This document shows, in pieces, positions 42,699-52,734 of a stretch of DNA of 64,000 nt. The position numbers and the translations under genes are program-made. The DNA comes from an uncultured Chthonomonadaceae bacterium (lineage in GTDB: Bacteria; Armatimonadota; Chthonomonadetes; Chthonomonadales; Chthonomonadaceae): NCBI GenBank assembly GCA_963817895.1, contig CAWFQB010000007.1, positions 32,001-96,000 of the forward strand. The letters run 5' to 3'. Position 1 is the stretch's first letter. Every line of letters begins with the position of its first letter. The notes under the pieces are model-generated. The model was not told where the DNA came from and searched no databases. It saw nothing but the letters and a program-made list of their open reading frames with translations.

Positions 42699-44318
42699 TC
42701 ATACATCCTGTAGTTGCGCGACAAAGTAACGGGGGTTGAGCGACTCGCCTGTCGCATGTTCCAGCCAGCCTTCCCAGGCCCGGATCGCGCCCGGTTTGAA
42801 GAGTTGTTCCTGCATGTACGCGCCCACTTTCGGACTGGAAATTAGGCTCGCCTTCGCGGCTCCGGCCAGCACGACAGTCTGGATATGATGCAGCAACTGT
42901 GACGCCAGCATTTCGCCCAACAGATAGTTGTGGTAGTACACGGGCGACGATGCGAGATGGATTTTGCTGGCCCACATTCCTGGACTGCGGGCGTCAATGG
43001 GACAAACGAGGTTCTGGTACGTTTCCACCAGTCGTCCACCATAAATCATCTAAATCCTGTTCCGGGTCGCGGTACAGTTCGCGCTCAAAATGCGCCATGA
43101 CAAAGCACCAGCGCATGAAAACAAGCAGATGATCTCGCATTTCGCGCCGCGCCCCGGCTGCGATGCGATTGGCTTCTCCGGCCTCCACGCCCGCGTAGCG
43201 ATGCAGCCAATCCGCGTTTTTGGTCAGCCGTCCCATGAACAGGGCAATGGACTTCCGTTGTCATAATGTGGGCGGGTTCGCGCAGTAAAAACGGCAAATC
43301 GGCATCCGTGAACTTGTCGTAAACGGCATGTCCGAACTCGTGCAGCATGGTTCCCATCCACCGCTCGTTGGCGCGGCAGTTGCACAACACGCGCACATCG
43401 CCCGCGTGGTCAACATCCATGCAAAAAGCGTGCTGGCATTTGCCCTCGCGCTCATACAAGTCCGCGATTTGCAGCAGGTCATTCACGGGCAGGCCGATGG
43501 CCGCGTAAAAATTCGCCGTGAGCGCTTCGAGATTTTTGTCTTTGAAAAAGCGGTCGAGATCGGCCTCGCCCGGTCCCGGGTCCTGAAAAAAGGGGTTGGC
43601 GTAGTGCCAGGGGCGCAGTTCATCGGGCGCAATGTGGAATCGAGCGGCAAGTTCCGCATCCAGTTCCGCTTTATATTCCTGCCAGATCGGGTCAGATTGC
43701 GTTTTCAGGTCGTCGAGAAGCGCGAACAAACGCGCCTCGTCCACCTCCTGCAATTGCATGCTCATGGCGTAGTAGTTGGAAAACCCCAGGCGATGCGCTT
43801 CCCGGTTGCGCAGCCGCGCCAACTGGCGCACTTTATCGGCAACTTCACCCCCGACCGTTTTGCTTGCAAGCCAGGTCTTCGCGGCGCAAAGCGCTGTCAT
43901 GGGAACGGATCAGAATATCGTCAATGGCATTATCGCTGACGGGTTCGCCATCGACGACGGCGCGGTGCGTATTGAACTGCTCCTCGATGTCCACTTCCAG
44001 CCCGATCATCTCCTCAATCACCTGCTCCTCCATCTGACACCCAAGATAGCTGTTGAGCAGGAGGGCGTGTTGGCGGGCCAGCAGCGGGTTTTGCAAATCT
44101 GCAGGCGACAGGGCTTTGAGGAAAGCGTACTCGTGCGGATTGGCGTACACTTTGGCAACCTGCGCGCTCAATTGCGCGGAACGCTCTTTGGCGGCCTCGC
44201 TGCTCGTGGTTTGCAGTTCCCATGCGGCCAGATTGGCGTCGCGGAGCAGGGGCGCGACAACGGCCAGATGCCGGTCAATAAACGCCTGCATCTGCGCGTC
44301 GCCTGTGGATACAATCAT
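42699..44318 (-). CDS. M2/M3-family metallopeptidase (frameshifted)
   Basis: DLYEREGKCQHAFC, TMLHEFGH zinc motif, FERELY, WASKIH..PVYYHNYLLG. Confidence 0.88.
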
Positions 44319-44605
44319 GTTGAAATTTCCTTCATATTTGCTTTCAAATTTATTGACAAATAATCGTTGATTCATTGTACCCCCGCGCCCGTTAAAAGGC
44401 GCAGACTTTGCATAACACCCTCACAGATAAATTCAAGACCATTCCATAAGCCTGTACAGGATGTTGCTTCTGATTTAGAAAGTCTTTGCTTATGTTTTCA
44501 GGCGGCATGGGTGAAGATAACGGGCGTTTCAGCCAAAAATGTAGTCGCAACTCGCAAAGCAGAAAGAACGCTCTCCTCCAGATGTGTTCCCGGCTGCGCG
44601 GCATC

Positions 44606-44645
44606 CGGCGTTCGGACAGGAAGCCCATCTCCTGTCCGAACGCCG
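44606..44645. terminator. Perfect 16-bp stem hairpin in a divergent intergenic region
   Basis: cggcgttcggacagga-N8-tcctgtccgaacgccg followed by ttt. Confidence 0.55.
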
Positions 44646-44736
44646 TTTAGCATCTAACCCTCACTTCCATTACATTTTCGATATAAGGTACACTCCGTGA
44701 AGTGGAAGGTTTCTACCCTCATTTTGCAAAAGAGGT

Positions 44737-45546
44737 TTGCTCGTGCAGCGTCTGCTTGACCAACTCAATAGCCGCGATAAGAACCTGCGCGCTGAAGCCC
44801 TGCGCGAGGCGCGAACACTCACGCCTGAGGAACTGCTGCAACTGGTTGTGCTGGCAGATAACGTTCGCCATACGCGCCGCAAGCGCAGCGACCTTGTCTA
44901 CTATACTGTCATGGGCTTATACTTGCTGATAGGACTTATGCTTCCGGTTCCCGGTGACAAATGGGTGGGCCGATTTTCGCTTGCAGGCGTCATGTTTTCA
45001 GGGACATTCAAAACTTGGTACGTCAAAAAGTATTCCAGCGCGGTTATCAACATAACCACTCTGCTTTTGGAAACGGACGATGTAAGGTTTGCCGCGCCGA
45101 TGTTGCGGCTGAATCACGAACACGCGAATGAGTCCCTGCGTACCGCGCTGAAAAACCTGTTGCCGCAGGTACGCGCCGACCACGCAGCCCAATGGAGCAA
45201 AGAGGATAAAGCCGCGCTCTTACTGCCCTTGAAAAACCCTGAACAGAATTGTGAACTGACGCTTACCTGCCTGAACGCTCTGCAACAAATTGGCGACTCA
45301 TCCGCTATTCCTGCTGTTCGGCGACTAATAGAGAAACGTTCCCTGTTGGGTCACAGGAAAAAATTGCCCTTGCCGCGCAGGAATGTTTGTTGTATCTGGA
45401 AAGCGTGACGGGTATACAACAACAGGCTCAAACACTGCTGCGCGGCAGCGCGCCTGTCACAAACCACCCCGAAATTCTCCTGCGCCCCGCCTCCTCAACT
45501 CCCGATAATTCCACTGGCGAACAACTGCTTGCGTCCGGTTGAATAG
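44737..45546 (+). CDS. Membrane protein with HEAT-like repeats and C-terminal LLR(P/G) motifs (frameshifted)
   Basis: Two TM helices; ALQQIGDSSAIPAVRRL; tail TLLRGSAP..ILLRPAS. Confidence 0.7.
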
Positions 45547-45587
45547 CCCATTCTTACTGTTCACCAAATCTTTCAAATCACCATTCT

Positions 45588-45630
45588 CCCCTCTCCCAGG
45601 CTTTTTTGTGAGAGGGGCGGGGGTGAGGGC
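45588..45630 (+). repeat. Family C hairpin element (short form)
   Basis: cccctctcccagg..gagaggggcgggggtgagggc. Confidence 0.7.
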
Positions 45631-45642
45631 ACGGGGTTCCAC

Positions 45643-48371
45643 ATGCGCTTTCTCTTTGCCGATTTTCTTCCTGTTTGTTTCCCTCAATTTTGTGGCTCTT
45701 GCCGCCAATGCGCAGGAAAAGCCACTCCCGCCGCCCGGTCCGCAAATTCAGCAGATCGGGCCGCACAATACCATTATCGTTGAAGCGGTCGGCGTTCCGG
45801 GGCATTATATCGGTTTTGATGTTCGCGCGGATGGCAAACTTGTCGCGCCGGTTCGTTTCACGTCCCGCGAACTGATTTTCAGCCCGGATGCGGTGACGGC
45901 TACAAAGGGGGCGGTTTCTACCCTCACTTTTAACGATTTGCAGGCCGCGCCCGATTGCGGCATTGCTCTGCGGCAAAGCCGAATTGTGGTGTCGCTAGCT
46001 TCGCAGCAGTTCCCCACTGTCGCGTTCGACCTGCATCTCGCCACCTTTTCACCCCGCGAATGGCAGAACACCATCGGCTTGCAGCCGTTCCACTTTTTGA
46101 CGATTGGTCTGCCGGAAGCGACCGTCTGGCATCAGCGGGGCTGGCTTCATGCCACGCCCCGCGCCGATATGTTCCCGCTCCTGCTCGACGTTCACGCCAA
46201 TACGCCCGAACTCTCCGCTTTTGCCTACAATCGCGAATGGAGTCTGACGCCGCCGCTTTCCGCCCATGCCCTGCCCGTTATCGGGCTGTGGTCGCCCGCC
46301 CGCCGATTGTACGCGGGCTGGGATTTTCAGGCCGCCCGTTTGAGCGACAATTCCGAGCGCGACATCGCCACGGGATACTGCAATCGCCTGATTGTGCCGA
46401 TTGATCTGCGCGTCCGGCAGCCGATTGAGGAGACGCAGCCGCCTGCCGCGCCCCTGCCGGACGACGACGCGCCCCGCAGCCACAACGGGCTGCCCCCGCC
46501 CCGGCGCGATCCGCGCGTCCGCCGCCCGCTCTCCTATGATCAGCAGGCAAGCCGCGAACTGGACAATCGGGGCGTGGGCAAATTCGTCGCGCTCGTGTAC
46601 CCGCAGGGCGGCAAAGATTATCAGCAGCTTGTCTATCCGTCGGCAAACGCGCATATCGCTTCCCGCGCCACGCTGATGTTCCATACCGATATGGGCGAAG
46701 AGGACTACCCCGAATCAGTTTCTATGGCAGGAGTGGTGGCATACGCCCGCCATTCGCAGCGCGTCTGGCGCGCGTTCCCGCCATCATCAACCTGAATGCC
46801 CTCCCTCTGAATGGCAAGCCATCCGCCGCGCAAGTCGCGCCTGCGCCCGCCCTCCCCTCTGCTATCCGGCAAACCGATGCGGAAGACCGGTTTCATATCC
46901 CCGGTTCGCTGCTGCTTTCCGACGAGCCCACACAACGAAAGCGTCGTGGAAGCCGCCCTTCACAGCAACAGACGCGGCGCGGCTGGAAAAACTGCAAGCG
47001 GACGCGCAAATCCTGCTCCGCTATGTCAAGCGATTTACCGTCAACAGGGAACCCTGCGCGTACTGGGAACAGCCGCTTGCGGGCGAATGGGCAGGGGAAT
47101 GGGGCGGAGAACCCGCCACCACGCTGCACAACGCGCAGGGCTGGGCGGCGGGGCGGATGCTGCTGGACTTGTACCGGTTTGGGAAAGAAGAGGAGAAAAG
47201 GAGAAAAGGAGAAAAGGAGAAGAGGAGCGAAAAAGACTACATTGAGGGTTCCTCAATGCCTGTGCCTGACCAGAAATCGCAAAAAGATTCCCACTCTCCT
47301 TTTCTCCTTTTCTCCTTTTCTCCTTTTCTCCCCGTAATTGACGGCGTGTTCAACTGGAGTCGGCGCGTTGTCTGGACGCGGGGACTGTTTGCCGATTCGC
47401 CCGCGTCCGCTTCGGCGGGGGATAGCGCGTCCGCCATCGCGTTTCTGCTGGACTACTATTTTACGTTCAAAGACGATTTTCTGGACGGGGAGCATCGGAC
47501 GCGGGCGTTGCAGGCATTGGAATTGGCGCGCGCGTTCGCGTACCGTTCGCTGACGATGTGGACGGGACAGGGCAATAAAGAGGACAAACAAAACAGCCCG
47601 TTTTTGTGGGAAGCGGGCGCGGGGCGCGACAGAATGGGCGAGGTCAGCGCCCGCGAGATCGAGGGCAGTCTGGACGCGCTGGCGCAGGTGGCTGTACATA
47701 CCGGCGATCCCATCCTGATGTGGGCGCTGCAAGGCAGTTTGTCGCGCCCGATTACGCCACGTTCAAGCGAATTCTCCGCTCGCCTGACAGATATGGAAGG
47801 AAATTACAAGCAGGAAGGATTGGTACGGACGCGGGAAACAGCGCGGCAGGAGGCAGGTTCACGCGCGGCTACAGAAAACGGCGCGTTTCCGAGCCTGATT
47901 GCGCCGCTGCAAGATACTGATGCGCGTATCGTGTGCGGCGAAAAAGCCGCGCTCGTCTTCAATCGAAATTCGTCTGCTATTACGCTTCGCAACTATCGCT
48001 GCGCGCGTCCGGGGGAATTCGCGTTTACGCTGCGCATTCAGGGCGCGTCGCCCTTTTCCGCCGCAACATTGCCCCCTGTCAGCGTGACAATCACGTTCCC
48101 CTGCGTGGACTTGAGCCGACAAAACGTTGCGGTTCGGCATGGCAGCATCACGCGGCAAACGCTTATGGAGGGGGCAAATCTCACGCGCGCGCCTGATGCC
48201 TGCTGGTCTCTTCTTGTACGCGGACTACGCGAGGGGGATACAGTGGTCGTCGGCAAGCCGGATTTACGCGCCACCAGCCCCTTGCCTACCGCTCCGCCCC
48301 TGACAGAATTTTCGCCAACACGCCCGCAACCAAATGCTGTTTCGCGCGTCCAACAGAACAGAGGGGAGTAA
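45643..48371 (+). CDS. Large secreted protein of unknown function (several frameshifts)
   Basis: Signal-like VALAANAQ; ORF pieces 45539-46795 and 47157-48371 plus intervening coding-like sequence. Confidence 0.6.
47181..47333. repeat. Inverted octamer tandem repeat (AGGAGAAA)n/(TTTCTCCT)n inside a CDS
   Basis: Translated in frame as KEEEKRRKGEKEKRS...SPFLLFSFSPFLP. Confidence 0.85.
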
Positions 48372-48860
48372 CTCGCTGTAGCGCGCCTTTATATTGGCGG
48401 ACAGCAGACACAATATTGCTGTCAAATATATTTTGAATTGTTTATGTTGGCTGAACCGAACTTTCTGTGCGCCCCGTTTCGTCATTAACAGCAACCGCCC
48501 AGGGATGCCCGTTCGTTTAGCGGACGGCCTGCAATCGCTGCCATTCGATTATTGTCACCGACATCAATAGTCCGCCTGCGCGTTTCTTCCCCGGCCCGTT
48601 TTCCCGATTGCTTTGCAGCGCCGCTTTTACGGTGGCGCGATTTCGACGCGCAGCCTGTTTCACACCGTTGCAAGAACCCCTTGCGACTATTCTCTCGCAT
48701 CACACCAATTGCATTAAACCCATCGCAGTAAACAAAGCCGCGCCGCCACGTTTTGCATCTGAGATTGTTTGCGCCTTGCAGCGCCATTCGCCAGGAGGTT
48801 GACAGTTGAAAATCCAATTCCCGGACGCGGCTATAAGAACGACAGAAGGACGGTACTACC

Positions 48861-49578
48861 GTGCGAAAATGGAGCCGAGAGTCCATTGGACTGGAAATTC
48901 GCCACATGTTTGAATTCCGGCGAAGATTTGAATTATGCCCACATCGCTCACGAGCAGGTCGCGCTTCTCCGCGCCGCTACCCGCTATTTCGGGTCGTGGC
49001 GCAGCGCGGTGGAGTTCGCCGGACTGAACTATGACGACATTCGGCGTTATAAAACGTGGAATCGCGCCCGAATTCTGGAACGCATCCGCGAACTGCACGA
49101 CAAGGGCGAAGACCTGAGTTGGCGGCATGTCAGCACCAACGTAGACCCGCAACTTGCCGCCGCCGCCACCAAGCGCAAGCATTTCGGATCGTGGCGCGGC
49201 GCGGTATCCGCTGCCGGACTGGATTACGGCCAGATTCGCCGGTATCGCGAATGGGATGAGGCCACCATCAAGGCCAAACTGCTTGAACTGCACGAGCAGG
49301 GTATTGATCTTAATGCCAAGCATATAGAAGAGTACGACATTACGCTGATTACCGCCGCGCGCCGCCGCTTCGACAGTTGGGACAAGGCGCTGACCGCGGC
49401 GGGGCTGGACTACAAGCAGATCGTGCTGCGCGCGCCCTTCAAGCGCCGCCGCGTCCCCGGACAGGCCGCTAATCCACGCGCACCCCACCGAGAAACAGAA
49501 ATCGAAGCGGATACAGACGTATCCGCGCGCAAGCCCGCCACAGATCAGGCCGAACTCTCCGGTCAACCAAAACGCTGA
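48861..49578 (+). CDS. Protein with three ~65-aa W..I..I..GEDL..AA...FGSW..A..AGL.Y repeats (putative DNA-binding)
   Basis: GTG 48861 with AGAAGGA SD gives MRKWSRESIGLEIRHMF; a 1-bp shift near 48915 joins it to the 48769 ORF and completes repeat 1. Confidence 0.75.
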
Positions 49579-49601
49579 TAGACAGCAGGGTACAACACAA
49601 T

Positions 49602-49631
49602 CGCCCGAACTTCCAGTTGGAAGTTCGGGCG
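49602..49631. terminator. Hairpin terminator
   Basis: cgcccgaacttcca-gt-tggaagttcgggcg between convergent genes. Confidence 0.7.
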
Positions 49632-49646
49632 GTTGCTTTATGAGAA

Positions 49647-49728
49647 AAGATACGAGATACGAGATACAAGATATGAGGATATGTCAGAACCTCGCGCCTG
49701 ATGGCTTGTATCTCGTATCTCGTATCTT
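49647..49728. repeat. Inverted heptamer tandem repeat (GATACGA)n/(TCGTATC)n
   Basis: Visible directly. Confidence 0.8.
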
Positions 49729-49745
49729 CCTTACTTGTATCTTCC

Positions 49746-51101
49746 TTAGAAGCTTCGCAGCAGCAAGCCGGTATAAAGCACACTGCTGAAAGCGCTGGCG
49801 TAGTCGAAGATGTCGCGTCCACGCGGCTGTGTTCCCGTCGGAATCGTGATGGTATCGCCGGCCAGCAGTTCAATATCCTGCGCCTTGCCTTTGGCGATGT
49901 CGCGATAGCTGAACGGAATGATCTGCGAGTGCTTGGCGTCGTTGTCCGGGTGGCGGAAAATGATGCCATTGGTTTCTTTGGCGAACGGCGCGACGCCGCC
50001 CGCTTCGCCGATGGCCTGCGTCAGCGTGGTGCGCTTGTCGTAGACCTGCTTGCCCGGCTTGACAAAACCGCCGTTGATGTTGATGTAGGAGTTGTTTTCC
50101 AGCTTCTCGACGTAAACGGTGTCATCGGGCTTGAGCGTGATGTTGTTCACGACATCGCCCTGCTCGGCTTTGTCCAGATCAACAATCAGCGGGCGGTCTT
50201 CGCCCACGCGGCGAATGATGACCTGCTTGCGATTGGCGGCTATGCGGGTTCCGCCCACAAGGTTGACGGCTTCCCGCACGGTCAGGGTCTGGCCTGTCGG
50301 CAGGGGAATGTCGCGCTGCGTTTTTTCCACTTCGCCGAAGACGGAAATCGTGCCTTTGCTCGGCAGGGTCTTGAAGGCGACGATGATGCGGTCTTTGTCC
50401 TTCAAAACGGGGTTCTGGCTTTCGTCGGGCATTTCGCCCGCAGCCGGACGATAGAACTTTTCGTAGTTGAACGTCAGGGGCGTGACTTTATCTTCGTTCC
50501 CTACCTTGACATGGCGCAGGATGCTGACGCGCGACAGGTCGGAGTTTTCCGTCGGATCGACGCGGGAAAGCACGTCAATCAGGGTCACTTCGCTGCCGAT
50601 GACGAGCGGGCCGGGAGTTGCGCACTGCGCCGCCGATAAAGATAACCGGGCGCGGCACGCCCACAATCGTAACCGTGACCTGCGGGTTCTTGACGTAAAC
50701 TTTCAGGTAATCGGCAATCGCGGTCGCGGTCTGCGCCGGAGTTTTGCCGATAACTTTGATGGGCTGCATGATACCGGCGTATTTGACGTTGATGTTGCCG
50801 TTGCCGTCTACGGCATACGAGCCGCTCGGATCGGGTTCGCCTACAACGCTGACGCTGATCACGTAATTCGCTTTGATCGGCTGCGTCTGGCTGATGGCCT
50901 CTTCCCCAACGGAAGCCGGCCGACTTGTCGGCAACTTTGTCCACCTTCTCCAATTTGGTAATCGGGTCGGACTTATCTCCGGCGTCCACGGTTTGGGCGC
51001 GGGCCTGCCATCCTGCGCCCGCCAGCAGCAAGCCGGCACTGCAAGCCAGAATATGCGGAGCGCAGAACTCTGCGCGAATAAGACACTGAGGAACACTTCA
51101 C
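49746..51101 (-). CDS. Polysaccharide export protein (Poly_export plus SLBB domains, Wza-like; frameshifted)
   Basis: VDGNGNINV..YVKNPQVTV; SLBB repeats (ISVFGEV, LKPDDTVYV, TLTQAIGEAGG). Confidence 0.85.
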
Positions 51102-51277
51102 GGGCAAACTCCTTTCAAACAACGTACAAGAACCGGAACGGTTTTTGGGTTCGCATGGGGTAGTATAGAAAAAGCGTTTCGGGAATGGGAGCGCAGTCCT
51201 TTATACGTAGGCAGAATGGCTTCGTGTCACTGCCTGCGCGGAAATAGTCCATCTTATTTTATGGGAGTAACCCCGAA

Positions 51278-51922
51278 ATGAAACCTGCCGCCCTGAAAAT
51301 GCTCTGGGTCAACTGTGTCGAGCGCCTCAAAGACCGGATCAACAACCGCTCTTTCTGGGAAGCGCTGGAATCCACGCACGCCATCACTGTAGAAGGCGAT
51401 GTCCTGATTATCGGCTTAGAGCCGCAAAACTTCAATCGGGCCTCGCACTTGCAGCAAGTGACCAACATGCACGCGATTACAGAAGTTGTGAGCGAACTAT
51501 TCAATCAGCCTTTGCAGGTGCGTCTCATTGAGGGCGCGACGCTGCAGGACTGGGAAGCCACCAAAGAAAGCGACATTCGCATTGCGGCTATGAAGCAGGC
51601 GTCCACCACGCGCCACGTCCAGGAAGACCGGCAACTGACGGGCTGGGACAGCGTCTACGAGATCATGTCCCGATTATACGCGCAAGCGCCCAACCGTTCG
51701 CTGCCGCAGGGCAAAGCGCGTTTCGCGTCAGACGCGCTGTACACGCTGGTCGAAGCGATGGACACGCTGTATCCCGACGAACCGGATGATGTCACGGAGC
51801 GCAGTCTGGCGCGAACGCTGGAACGCATTGCCAACTCTTCGGAAATTCCGGCTTCAGTTCTGGCGTTTGAACTGGAACGCCTGCGCGCGTGGCGCAAAGG
51901 CGGACAGGAAGCGACGGAGTAA
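51278..51922 (+). CDS. Conserved hypothetical protein with DnaA-domain-I-like N-terminus
   Basis: LWVNCVERLKDRI..SFW..LE.THAITVEGDVLIIG..F...L.....I...VSELFNQPLQVRLI pattern; domain call is by eye. Confidence 0.65.
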   Translation: MKPAALKMLWVNCVERLKDRINNRSFWEALESTHAITVEGDVLIIGLEPQNFNRASHLQQVTNMHAITEVVSELFNQPLQVRLIEGATLQDWEATKESDIRIAAMKQASTTRHVQEDRQLTGWDSVYEIMSRLYAQAPNRSLPQGKARFASDALYTLVEAMDTLYPDEPDDVTERSLARTLERIANSSEIPASVLAFELERLRAWRKGGQEATE

Positions 51923-52118
51923 ACCTGCTTAAAACACGTTTACTATACCACCATACAATGATGATTGCAAGAATTCATGCCAAACTGCGCGTAAACAGCG
52001 TCAAGTGTGAAAATTTTTTGTTTTGCGCGATTATGGGAACATTCTCCTGTTTGCTTCCCGTCTTTCGCGCATAGCGCAGAGGTCGAGACATGACCTGCGC
52101 GCGAGGAGAAACAAAATA

Positions 52119-52662
52119 ATGGCACAGCATAACGCATCCGTGACGGTGAACGCGCCTTTGCATCAGGTGTATCAACTGTTCTCGCATTTTAACGACTTTC
52201 CGAAGTTCATGTCCTACATCAAGGAAGTGACGTACTACGACAACGAGCGCAGCCACTGGGTTGCCGATGTGGTCGGGCATCACGAGTGGGACGCGATCAA
52301 CGAAAACTGGATACCGGACAAACAGATCGGCTGGCGTTCCACCGATGGCCTTGAAAACAGCGGCGTGGTTCGCTTCACATCTGCAAGTGACACGGCTACC
52401 AAAGTGGAAGTCACCATCAATTACAATCCGCCTGCGGGCGTGTTAGGTGACGTGGGCGAGAAACTGGGCGTGGGCAAGAAGTTCGAGCAGACCATGCAGC
52501 AGCGATCTGGACAATTTCGCGGAGATGGTGGCGCAGGCTCCACGCGGCGCGCTCGATCCCGAATCCTCCAGCTACCTGTTCCACGAGGAGAGCGCGGCGG
52601 CGAAGGGACAAACCACCGAAGCGCAAAACGCTACAATGGACACGGCGGCAACCCTTCGTTAA
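52119..52662 (+). CDS. SRPBCC / polyketide cyclase-dehydrase family protein (frameshift near 52500)
   Basis: VTVNAPLHQVY..FPKFM..SHW..EWDA..IGWRS..G.VRF..YNPPAG. Confidence 0.88.
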
Positions 52663-52698
52663 TTTGCTTCAATCGCAATTGGGCGACAGAACTGTGAA

Positions 52699-52734
52699 CC
52701 CTCACTGCTGATATATTCGTATCAGCAGTGAGGG
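52699..52734 (+). terminator. Intrinsic terminator
   Basis: ccctcactgctgata..tatcagcagtgaggg followed by cttattt. Confidence 0.7.
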
